Shown piece after piece: positions 19,887 to 26,790 of a stretch of 52,784 nt of DNA. Every line of letters starts with the position of its first letter. Within the stretch, counting starts at the first letter, position 1. The translations under genes were made by a program, and so were the position numbers. The stretch is from a virus (Duplodnaviria; Caudoviricetes). Under the pieces are notes generated by a model. That model searched no databases, was not told where the DNA came from, and saw only the letters and a list, made by a program, of their open reading frames with translations. The stretch covers positions 1 to 52,784 of IMG/VR virus record IMGVR_UViG_3300036760_000035. One strand, given 5' to 3'.

Positions 19887-20147
19887 TAGACAACAAGAAT
19901 TTGCTAGAAGCGTTTGTTATTCCTCATTATTTTCCCATGTGTGATGACAAGTGCAAGAGCAGATAAATTTCCTCCCCCTCGTTTGACTGTATTCTTGGAT
20001 GCAGTAAGAATGAAATCCAAAGTAACAGCTACCGAACTCAATTCTCTTGATTTTCACGAGTTCCACCCCATTTCTATGATGAACATCCAGATTGCGAAAG
20101 CGGCTACGAGGAGCATCTTGTTACTGATATACATTATCTGCTAATTC

Positions 20148-20477
20148 CTATCGCAAGTTGCAATCTTGCGATTGCAATAGCATCAGTCTTGAGCGTTCTC
20201 GTTCTTCATTAAATGGTAATGAACGACAAAGGTTGATTTCTTGTTTGATTATCAATAACGCATCTTCCTCTGAATTGCACGCCTTTCCCACCCATGCTTG
20301 TTGTGGCGGAGCGTTTTCATTCACAAGCTGACTTGCATGCCAACGTGGCGAAACTTGTCGAGAAAAAGACCAGGGCCAGAACAGAGATAAATCTCTGCTG
20401 TAACAAATTGCATATCCTTCTGAGACAAGTTTGATCGTGTGCGAGTCTATACACTTTGCATTTGATAGATCGCTCAT
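20148..20477 (-). CDS. Hypothetical early protein
   Basis: GAGG RBS, TAATG coupling. Confidence 0.6.
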   Translation of the reverse strand: MSDLSNAKCIDSHTIKLVSEGYAICYSRDLSLFWPWSFSRQVSPRWHASQLVNENAPPQQAWVGKACNSEEDALLIIKQEINLCRSLPFNEERERSRLMLLQSQDCNLR

Positions 20478-20707
20478 TATGCATCAAACCTCTCAACATC
20501 AGCAAGAAAGAAATTATTGTAGTCATTGGTATGTTTAACGATGTAGCTTTGTCCATCATCAAGCGGAATCTGAATCATCCAGTGTTGACTGTTATCATAA
20601 GTTTTCAGTGCTTTGAGGATTGATTCCGGCGTCCAATCATCAACAAGAACATAGTGATCGTGATCGCCACACTCACAATTGATCTTGACGTAAGTATTCA
20701 TGACCAT
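20477..20707 (-). CDS. Hypothetical early protein
   Basis: ORF coupled to the next gene. Confidence 0.6.
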   Translation of the reverse strand: MVMNTYVKINCECGDHDHYVLVDDWTPESILKALKTYDNSQHWMIQIPLDDGQSYIVKHTNDYNNFFLADVERFDA

Positions 20708-20777
20708 TTTATGAAAAACTTACTTGCACCATTTTCGAGAGTTTTTTTCGGCCATTGTTGACTGTTGTCATAAGCTT

Positions 20778-21038
20778 TCAATTTATGATGCCTTGATCGA
20801 TGAGTGCCTTGATCATATCTTCACATCCGAGTTTGTAGATACACAACCATTGACCTACCCCGTTTACCAAATTGCTGGCGAATAGATTCGACGCAGCAAC
20901 CCGGTTTTTGATACTCGCCACCGGGGCGATTTCCAACAATTGCTCGCGGCGCTCATTAAGCAATAGCTCAATCATGGTGTTCATTTCTTCATTCATTCTT
21001 ATCGAGAGCATCCATATGGTTGCTTCATTCGGAGTCAT
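20778..21038 (-). CDS. Hypothetical early protein (MTPNEATIW...)
   Basis: AAGGTG upstream of the internal ATG. Confidence 0.6.
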   Translation of the reverse strand: MTPNEATIWMLSIRMNEEMNTMIELLLNERREQLLEIAPVASIKNRVAASNLFASNLVNGVGQWLCIYKLGCEDMIKALIDQGIIN

Positions 21039-21180
21039 TTCGGCACCTTTCGCATTGTCCATTTCTTACCGTCAAGTCAATGGCATTACACTTGAGACAA
21101 GTGTAGGAATCATTGATGCGCTTGATTTGCTGATTCCGAACATCGGAATTCACAGAGTTTCGATTCGACAACTTAGCCAT
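21025..21180 (-). CDS. Small Zn-finger protein, 51 aa (MAKLSNRNS...CLKC...CERC...)
   Basis: Purine-rich RBS and two CxxC pairs; absent from the ORF track. Confidence 0.55.
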   Translation of the reverse strand: MAKLSNRNSVNSDVRNQQIKRINDSYTCLKCNAIDLTVRNGQCERCRNDSE

Positions 21181-21249
21181 TTCTCTTTTCCCTTTTCACT
21201 TACAGAACGAATGAGAGTTCCTTTTTTCTTTTCTAATCGAATCGCATAA

Positions 21250-21460
21250 CTCCCGCGCGTCAGTCGTGTCAGTAGTGGGGCGCGTCCAGCTGCCCGTAGG
21301 GGAGCCTACACCCGCCAGCGCCCACAAGCTACCCTGACCCCGGAGCAGCTGGAACAGCTGGCCCCCATGGGCGGTCAGGGGACGGGCAAACGGAAGGGCT
21401 CCCCGGTGAAGGGGAGCCCTAGGACGGCCTACGTCGGCGCTGGCGCCCCACCGGGGCGCT
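21250..21460 (-). ncRNA. Candidate structured RNA (or structured DNA element)
   Basis: About 70% GC by manual count of 21301-21420, with at least seven complementary segment pairs; strand inferred from the upstream promoter. Confidence 0.45.
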
Positions 21461-21853
21461 TAGGTGGCGGCCACCTTCACTTTGGGAACCTTGGACGCCA
21501 CGTAGACTTTCTTATGAGTGACCTGTATCACCAGCGTGTCGCCGTCAACGGTGCCAGCTACTACCACGTCACCTGTCTGAGCTAACTTCGTGTTTCGCAC
21601 CGTGAACCCGGCCCGCGAGAATGCGGCCTTGGCCGATGCCGAAACTGCCGCGTTCAAGTGAGTAGCGGCGTCGTAGCAATCGATGGCCGCGAACGGTATG
21701 TGCCATCCACGGTCAATCGACGTTGCGAGCCGTGCATGGTCAGGCATGTCCATGAACCATTCGTAGAGTTCATCGACTATCGCCGGGATTGGCGGGGTAG
21801 CGGACTTCCCCGCGCTCCCCTTTTCGATTTGCGTGACAAGTTCTGTCCTCACT
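21460..21853 (-). CDS. GC-rich hypothetical protein, first gene of the leftward arm
   Basis: GGGAG RBS before GTG (MRTELVTQIEKG...); codon usage unlike the rest of the genome. Confidence 0.65.
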
Positions 21854-21906
21854 GTGATAACTCCCGCATGGCCGCATCCATATCGATGCCGCGCCTTGCA
21901 CAAACA

Positions 21907-21936
21907 AACTTACAGTAAGGGAATCTCAGGTGTCAA
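21907..21936 (-). promoter_or_regulatory. Sigma70-type early promoter TTGACA-N18-TAAGTT with TG extension
   Basis: Minus strand reads TTGACAcctgagattcccttactgTAAGTT. Confidence 0.65.
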
Positions 21937-22029
21937 TCACCAATCTTTGCCTGTGCCAAATCTCAGGTTGACTGGCCGTAGGCGATTGCCTGGCCTTGGG
22001 CGGGGGTGGGGCATCATTACGCCTTTGTA

Positions 22030-22745
22030 GGAATAGTGTTGAGTATAGGAACGGCATTCCTTTGTCAGTGTACTGCTACCGTCATGGACGGTCTGCTATC
22101 GCAATGCGATTAGCCGTAGTGAACCTGATACTTATATAACAATCGTCGGGAGTGCATGGAAAAGAATAGTACACCATTGCATACTGTTGCAGTTGCAATA
22201 CTTTGCAATTAGATACTTGGAATACTGCTAGGAATACATAGAATAATAATTATTCCACTCTCTAATGCCCGGTAGGGGATTGGCTATTAGCCCTTGGTTT
22301 TGGCGGAGAGAGTACTCTAGCATACATCTTATGATTCTAGCATACATCTTATGATTCTTTTGTGTACCTTTGATCATTGTTATCATAGTACCACTATCTT
22401 AATTTTATATATATAAATTAATAGATAGTAGATTTAGAAGAAGAAGATTTATATAAAAGAGAATATAGAATAGGAGCCCTGGAGGGCTCCCTGTTGTCTG
22501 TACGGCCGATGGTACCTTTATAGTTTAACATAGAGATCAGGGCTTCACAGTAACAGGCTTAGAAATTCAGGATAAATTCAGGTTGGCACAAGCTAGCCCT
22601 AAACAACAGGGCTCCTAACCGCCCATCAGGGCGGTATCTCGCGCCCGCAGGCGCTATTACAGTCGCAATCTGCAACTGTGCCAGCGTAATAGGAACGCAA
22701 CATGTAAGGGGTTGCTTGGAGTCTTGACTAGTGTTACCGTGGGAA
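22030..22745. other. Non-coding divergent control region (candidate origin and/or genome end)
   Basis: No ORFs; tandem repeat, AT-rich palindromic tract at 22400-22420, clustered hairpins at 22473-22680. Confidence 0.5.
22316..22358. repeat. Tandem 20-bp repeat (TCTAGCATACATCTTATGAT x2)
   Basis: Exact duplication in the non-coding control region. Confidence 0.9.
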
Positions 22746-22768
22746 ACATGAAGACTATGGGGGAATAG

Positions 22769-23164
22769 ATGAAAGTAAATTCAACGATTGTTGGCATATA
22801 TGGCTCTGAGAGTTATGAAGATCTTGTAGCAGTAAACGAAGTAATCACTCATTGCCTGAGTGATGATTATGTTATAGTTTCCGAAGGCCACCCCGGGCCA
22901 GAGAGGTATGCTGGGTTATTGTTAAAGGCACGTTGGGCGGAAGACCGCGTTTGCAGCGGTGGACATTTGGTTGCATATCCAGATCAATGGATGGATATAA
23001 TTAATATAATCTTCTGGAATTACACCGATGATAACATCAGAACCTTTATAAAGAATTCTCAATATCGGGGAGACTTTGGTTACGTCATTGCAGATGATAT
23101 GTGTACCAATTTCCCACGTGTTCAAAGAATTGAAGATGTTGACGTGGATAAATTCTATGACTAA
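22769..23164 (+). CDS. Hypothetical protein (possible SLOG/YspA-like fold)
   Basis: VGIYGSESY...IVSEGHPGPE resembles the SLOG pattern; weak. Confidence 0.5.
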   Translation: MKVNSTIVGIYGSESYEDLVAVNEVITHCLSDDYVIVSEGHPGPERYAGLLLKARWAEDRVCSGGHLVAYPDQWMDIINIIFWNYTDDNIRTFIKNSQYRGDFGYVIADDMCTNFPRVQRIEDVDVDKFYD

Positions 23165-23321
23165 GTTAACAGAAAAAGAAAAAGGATGGATTCGCAAACA
23201 TGCAGAGAACGGTTATTCTTCTTCTCCTGATGTAATCATTCAGTTGCTCGATGAGTTACAGGAAGCGCAAGAAGAGTTAGGGCAACAAAAATTACTACAG
23301 GATACAAAAACACGTGGTTGA
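23157..23321 (+). CDS. Small hypothetical protein (MTKLTEKEKGW...PDVIIQLLDELQE)
   Basis: Internal ATG; Ead/Ea22-like P.v..LLDEL motif. Confidence 0.5.
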   Translation: MTKLTEKEKGWIRKHAENGYSSSPDVIIQLLDELQEAQEELGQQKLLQDTKTRG

Positions 23322-23544
23322 TAAACAAGACATAGGTGATATCGGGCGAGAGGTTCAGATAGCCTTGTTTAAAGTAGTACCAGCACTGTTTGAACCAAAA
23401 GCTGAGAACCAATGGGTTCTCTATAAACTTATGGAGAAGCCATCATGGAAGGCCATCATTGACGAGGGGTGGATAAACTCTCAACCGGGAATTGATTCTC
23501 AGGAATGGGATATTGCCCGTCCCTGGTTTTTGTTCTATAACTAG
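23314..23544 (+). CDS. Hypothetical protein
   Basis: ORF overlapping the upstream stop. Confidence 0.55.
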   Translation: MVDKQDIGDIGREVQIALFKVVPALFEPKAENQWVLYKLMEKPSWKAIIDEGWINSQPGIDSQEWDIARPWFLFYN

Positions 23545-23584
23545 TAGAATCACAATTCTACGTGGTATACTTAAGCTAATATAG

Positions 23585-23658
23585 CTGGGTGTATTTCAGC
23601 CTGGAAGAAGACTCGCTTTGGGAGCGAGTAGTCGTTGGTTCAAATCCAACCACCCAGA
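23585..23658 (+). tRNA. tRNA-Pro(UGG)
   Basis: CTGGGTG/CACCCAG acceptor, CTCGC-TT TGG GA-GCGAG anticodon arm, GGTTCAAATCC T-arm; TGGTATACT -10 upstream. Confidence 0.92.
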
Positions 23659-23687
23659 AAATCAAATTAACTTAAGGAGTACAGATT

Positions 23688-24515
23688 ATGGTGAGTGAAT
23701 TTAATGGAGCGGCTGCGCTCTTTAAGGCTCAGGGACTTGACAATACAATTGAGATTGCAGACTCGAATGGCGTAGTTCATAAGATTAGAGCGAACTCTAC
23801 AACTGGCGTACTGGAGTTCTACAAGGCTAACGATATTATCCAGTCTGTGGGCAGCCTTGGCAGACAGGATCTCTCTGGCATTAATATCGACGCTGCTAAC
23901 ACAGACGGCGGCATCTTTAAGGCCGGTACGTCTGCGGCAAGAGTTATCGAAGATACTGCTAACATGAAGTTCATGTCTTTCTACTTCGACAACGGCGCGG
24001 TATCCGGCGACAGCAGGGGCATCTATTTACGGCAGTACATTACCGGCGCTGGTGGCGGTGGGGATGCTGCAAGATTCTATGAGACTGTTGAGAATGTCGC
24101 TGCCGCTACAGTGAGAGGGGCTCATATCTCCCTCGATTGGGGTGCATCGGGCAGTTGTACAGGTTTGGGTGTCGCGCTTGAATGTACATTACATATACGA
24201 TCTACAGCAGGTGCCGCTGGCACCATTGCTCCGCTCAAGGTTGCCGTTAACAGCGATGCATCAACATCCGATCCTGTCGGTGCTTCACTGAGCATGATTC
24301 AGGTTGTGAACCAGGGTGACGGAACCGGGGGGCTTGATGTTGATACAGATGCCGCTTTGTTTGCCTTTTCCGGTTTTGCATCAGCATCCGGGACAGCAAA
24401 TATGGTTTCTTCGACAAGTCTTGCAGAACTTCCGGCGTCTTCGATTGGTTTCCGCGTTACTTTTGGCGGGGCCGTGTATTACATCCCGGCAGTCATTTCC
24501 ACACAGTGGAACTAA
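23688..24515 (+). CDS. Putative virion fibre/decoration protein outside the structural module
   Basis: AAGGAG RBS; G/A/S/T-rich beta-helix-like sequence; ends ...GAVYYIP like fibre C-termini. Confidence 0.55.
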   Translation: MVSEFNGAAALFKAQGLDNTIEIADSNGVVHKIRANSTTGVLEFYKANDIIQSVGSLGRQDLSGINIDAANTDGGIFKAGTSAARVIEDTANMKFMSFYFDNGAVSGDSRGIYLRQYITGAGGGGDAARFYETVENVAAATVRGAHISLDWGASGSCTGLGVALECTLHIRSTAGAAGTIAPLKVAVNSDASTSDPVGASLSMIQVVNQGDGTGGLDVDTDAALFAFSGFASASGTANMVSSTSLAELPASSIGFRVTFGGAVYYIPAVISTQWN

Positions 24516-24537
24516 ACCTTACCTTAAGGAGTAGTAA

Positions 24538-24849
24538 TTGGAACTAACAGTAGCAGATCGCCTTATGTTGATTAATCTCCTGCCAACCGCAGGAGATATA
24601 ACCACCCTTAGAATAGTAAGGGATCTACAGACTGAGTTGAGTTTCTCGGAAGAGGAACATGCAGTTCTTAAACTTAAGCAGGATGGCGACAGGATTCAAT
24701 GGGACAATTCCGCCGAGACTTTAAAAGACGTGGCCGTTGGCCCAAGGGGACATCTTCTGATAGCCGAAAGACTACAGGAAATAAGCGACAAGAAGGAGCT
24801 AACACTTACCCAGGTGGCCCTCTTTGAGAAGTTCGAAGCCTCGGCATAG
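24538..24849 (+). CDS. Conserved phage protein, possible fibre chaperone
   Basis: MELTVADRLMLINLLP..GD..TL.I..DL...LSFSEEE; AAGGAG RBS. Confidence 0.55.
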   Translation: MELTVADRLMLINLLPTAGDITTLRIVRDLQTELSFSEEEHAVLKLKQDGDRIQWDNSAETLKDVAVGPRGHLLIAERLQEISDKKELTLTQVALFEKFEASA

Positions 24850-24871
24850 GCTCCAAAGGTAAAGATTCCGC

Positions 24872-24896
24872 AGAGGGGGCCGAAAGGCCCCCTCTT
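24872..24896 (+). terminator. Hairpin terminator
   Basis: AGAGGGGGCC-gaaa-GGCCCCCTCT followed by a T-rich tail. Confidence 0.8.
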
Positions 24897-24900
24897 GCTC

Positions 24901-24929
24901 TTGCTTGAAGTCTCTGGGCGTGGCAGTAT
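24901..24929 (+). promoter_or_regulatory. Putative promoter of the tRNA cluster (TTGCTT-N17-CAGTAT)
   Basis: Same TTGCTTG motif and spacing as at 7525, 22712 and 30756. Confidence 0.5.
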
Positions 24930-24990
24930 AGGAGTTGGGTCGAGCTTAGTAGGGGCGTTTGGGAGCGTCGCTAGAATAACTCCAGCGCAT

Positions 24991-25067
24991 CTCGGAGGGG
25001 CGGGAAAGTGACCGCGCTTGTCTCATACGCAAGATAAATGATGGAGCGTTACCATCCTTCGATACCA
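24991..25067 (+). tRNA. Atypical tRNA with CAU anticodon (Met or Ile2)
   Basis: CTTGT-CT CAT AC-GCAAG; GATGG-AGCGTTA-CCATC T-arm; C1xU72 mismatch; encoded CCA. Confidence 0.75.
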
Positions 25068-25074
25068 ATATCCT

Positions 25075-25150
25075 GCCTTCGTAGCTCAATTGGAAGAGCA
25101 AATCTCTTGTAAAGATTAGGTTGTAAGTTCAAGTCTTACCGGGGGCTCCA
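25075..25150 (+). tRNA. tRNA-Thr(UGU)
   Basis: AATCT-CT TGT AA-AGATT; canonical cloverleaf with CCA. Confidence 0.93.
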
Positions 25151-25253
25151 CTTTTAATAAACATAGGAGAAAGAGATGTCGGGGTTGCAGATATTAATGT
25201 AGACATTGATGAAGTTCTGCTCTGCATTAAGAATTACATCTTAGCTGAACAAT

Positions 25254-25327
25254 AGGAGTATCGTTCAACGGAAGGGCCTTCGTCTTATATACGAATGATG
25301 TAGGTTCGACTCCTACTGCTCCTACCA
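25254..25327 (+). tRNA. tRNA-Ile(UAU)
   Basis: TTCGT-CT TAT AT-ACGAA; GGTTCGACTCC T-arm; A73 and CCA. Confidence 0.88.
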
Positions 25328-25330
25328 AAC

Positions 25331-25403
25331 GCGACGATTAGCTCAGTGAAAGAGCGCTCCAGTGCGAGAGATGACAGGGGTTTGATTCCCCTATCGCCGC
25401 CCA
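25331..25403 (+). tRNA. Degenerate or atypical tRNA-His(GUG)
   Basis: G-1:C73 identity pair and CCA, but a shortened anticodon arm (CTC-CAGTGCGA-GAG) without U33. Confidence 0.55.
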
Positions 25404-25404
25404 T

Positions 25405-25478
25405 TCCCCGTTCGTCTAACGGAAGGACATTAGATTTTGGCTCTAAGAATCGGGGTTCGAATCCTCGATGGGGAACCA
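25405..25478 (+). tRNA. tRNA-Gln(UUG)
   Basis: TTAGA-TT TTG GC-TCTAA; U1-A72; CCA. Confidence 0.9.
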
Positions 25479-25491
25479 ATGATATTATCAC

Positions 25492-25568
25492 GGCCCGTTA
25501 GCTCAGTTGGATAGAGCGAATCACTTCTAACGATTAGGTCGGGAGTTCGAGTCTCTCACGGGCTGCCA
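25492..25568 (+). tRNA. tRNA-Arg(UCU)
   Basis: AATCA-CT TCT AA-CGATT; A20 in the D-loop; GCCA end. Confidence 0.92.
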
Positions 25569-25582
25569 AAGAAAGAAATAGA

Positions 25583-26122
25583 ATGAAAGATAAAGATGAA
25601 TATTACTTCGGAGTTGCTGAGGCAATCAGTAAAGGATCTACATGTCCTCGCTTGCAAGTCGGGTGTGTTCTCGTGTCCCAGGACAGAATCAAATCAACTG
25701 GCTATAATGGAGCGATTGCTGGTAAGCCGCATTGTGAAGATGTTGGATGTTTTATTGTCAGAGATCATTGTGTTCGAGCAATACATGCAGAAAGAAATGT
25801 CTTAGACTACGCAGCCTGGGACATCCATATTGGTGATGTTCTTTATTGTACGCATAAGCCATGCGACTCATGTGCTGCCAGTATTCCAGAGATTCTTACT
25901 GTAAAGTATAAGAATGAATATCCTATTAGGGCACTTAATGCTTCCAGTGAAAATCTGGAAGATTCCAACAGGGATCGTGATGTAACGGCTAGCCTGTCTG
26001 CCTTTCCCTCTGATCCCTCCAACTGTTTACATATGAGCCTGGCAAACTATGTGGATATTCAAAATCGTATATTTATTTCGTGCATTAATTGTAAAAGGGT
26101 AATTATGGAATTGCTAGCGTAG
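25583..26122 (+). CDS. dCMP deaminase
   Basis: STC.R.QVG, TGYNG, HAE and PCDSC motifs; extra C-terminal extension. Confidence 0.92.
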   Translation: MKDKDEYYFGVAEAISKGSTCPRLQVGCVLVSQDRIKSTGYNGAIAGKPHCEDVGCFIVRDHCVRAIHAERNVLDYAAWDIHIGDVLYCTHKPCDSCAASIPEILTVKYKNEYPIRALNASSENLEDSNRDRDVTASLSAFPSDPSNCLHMSLANYVDIQNRIFISCINCKRVIMELLA

Positions 26123-26188
26123 GCCAACGGCAGAGTCAACAGACTTAAAATCTGTATAGTGAGAGTTCGAGTCTCTCCGCTAGCACCA
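26113..26188 (+). tRNA. tRNA-Leu(UAA), short variable arm
   Basis: ACAGA-CT TAA AA-TCTGT; 5-nt variable loop; ACCA. Confidence 0.9.
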
Positions 26189-26194
26189 TATAAT

Positions 26195-26267
26195 GGAACT
26201 GTAGACCAACGGTAGAGTCATGCGCTTTAGAAGCGTATCAGTGAAAGTTCGAATCTTTCCAGTTCCA
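26195..26267 (+). tRNA. tRNA-Leu(UAG), short variable arm
   Basis: TGCGC-TT TAG AA-GCGTA; GGAACTG/CAGTTCC acceptor. Confidence 0.9.
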
Positions 26268-26273
26268 CAAGTC

Positions 26274-26349
26274 AGACTCGTAAGCCAACGGCAGAGCAAT
26301 CCGATTCAAAGTCGGATGGATTTGGGTTCGAATCCCAACGAGTCTACCA
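26274..26349 (+). tRNA. tRNA-Leu(CAA), short variable arm
   Basis: TCCGA-TT CAA AG-TCGGA; AGACTCG/CGAGTCT acceptor; ACCA. Confidence 0.88.
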
Positions 26350-26452
26350 ACTATAAAAAGGAATAACCAATTGCTTGACAGTACTTACAGAGAAGTATTC
26401 ACGGAGCGACCGGCTCCCCTAAATTTGCCTCTTGTGTGTTACATCTCATATA

Positions 26453-26677
26453 ATGCGTAGAAAGAAGTGTTATATTTGTAACATAGAAGACGCCATACTT
26501 CCTGATGTAAAGATGGAAGGATTCTGGGGGAATAATCGAACGGCAGATCATAGAATAAACAGGGTGTGTCTTAGATGCCACTACGCTAGAATCGCTGATG
26601 ATGTGTATGAAACGCTTCTATGCTTTCATGGAACAGAAACAGGCTTATGCCGTATTTGCCATCCAGATACATTATAG
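26453..26677 (+). CDS. Small Cys-rich Zn-finger protein
   Basis: CYIC, CLRC, C.H and CRIC; likely start at MRRKK. Confidence 0.55.
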   Translation: MRRKKCYICNIEDAILPDVKMEGFWGNNRTADHRINRVCLRCHYARIADDVYETLLCFHGTETGLCRICHPDTL

Positions 26678-26790
26678 CAATTAGATTGCTATTGTCAGTC
26701 GAAATTTCAATATCGACAGGTGATAAAATAGATGATTACCATGTTGCAAACGCAAGGTTGTAACTTGCAATATCTTAGATGGAGTTGTAA

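Noticed and set aside
21367-21585. Plus-strand ORFs over the GC-rich element, and other antisense ORFs in the track (e.g. 52177..52683, 13849..14307)
   Set aside because: Shadows of real genes or of GC-rich sequence, with no RBS or motif support
10184-21903. Lysogeny module
   Set aside because: No tyrosine or serine integrase, ParA or CI-like repressor motifs recognised; a divergent one cannot be fully excluded
22316-22358. Mini-CRISPR array
   Set aside because: Only two abutting 20-bp copies with no spacer; the Cas4-like gene is a stand-alone phage nuclease and no other cas genes are seen
26113-26267. TAA/TAG in tRNA loops as stop-codon suppressors or genetic-code reassignment
   Set aside because: These are 5'-3' anticodons reading the Leu codons TTA and CTA; genes are intact in the standard code
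26740-26790. NrdR box or cobalamin riboswitch upstream of nrdJ
   Set aside because: Only a partial CAATATCTT match; no B12-box seen and too little space
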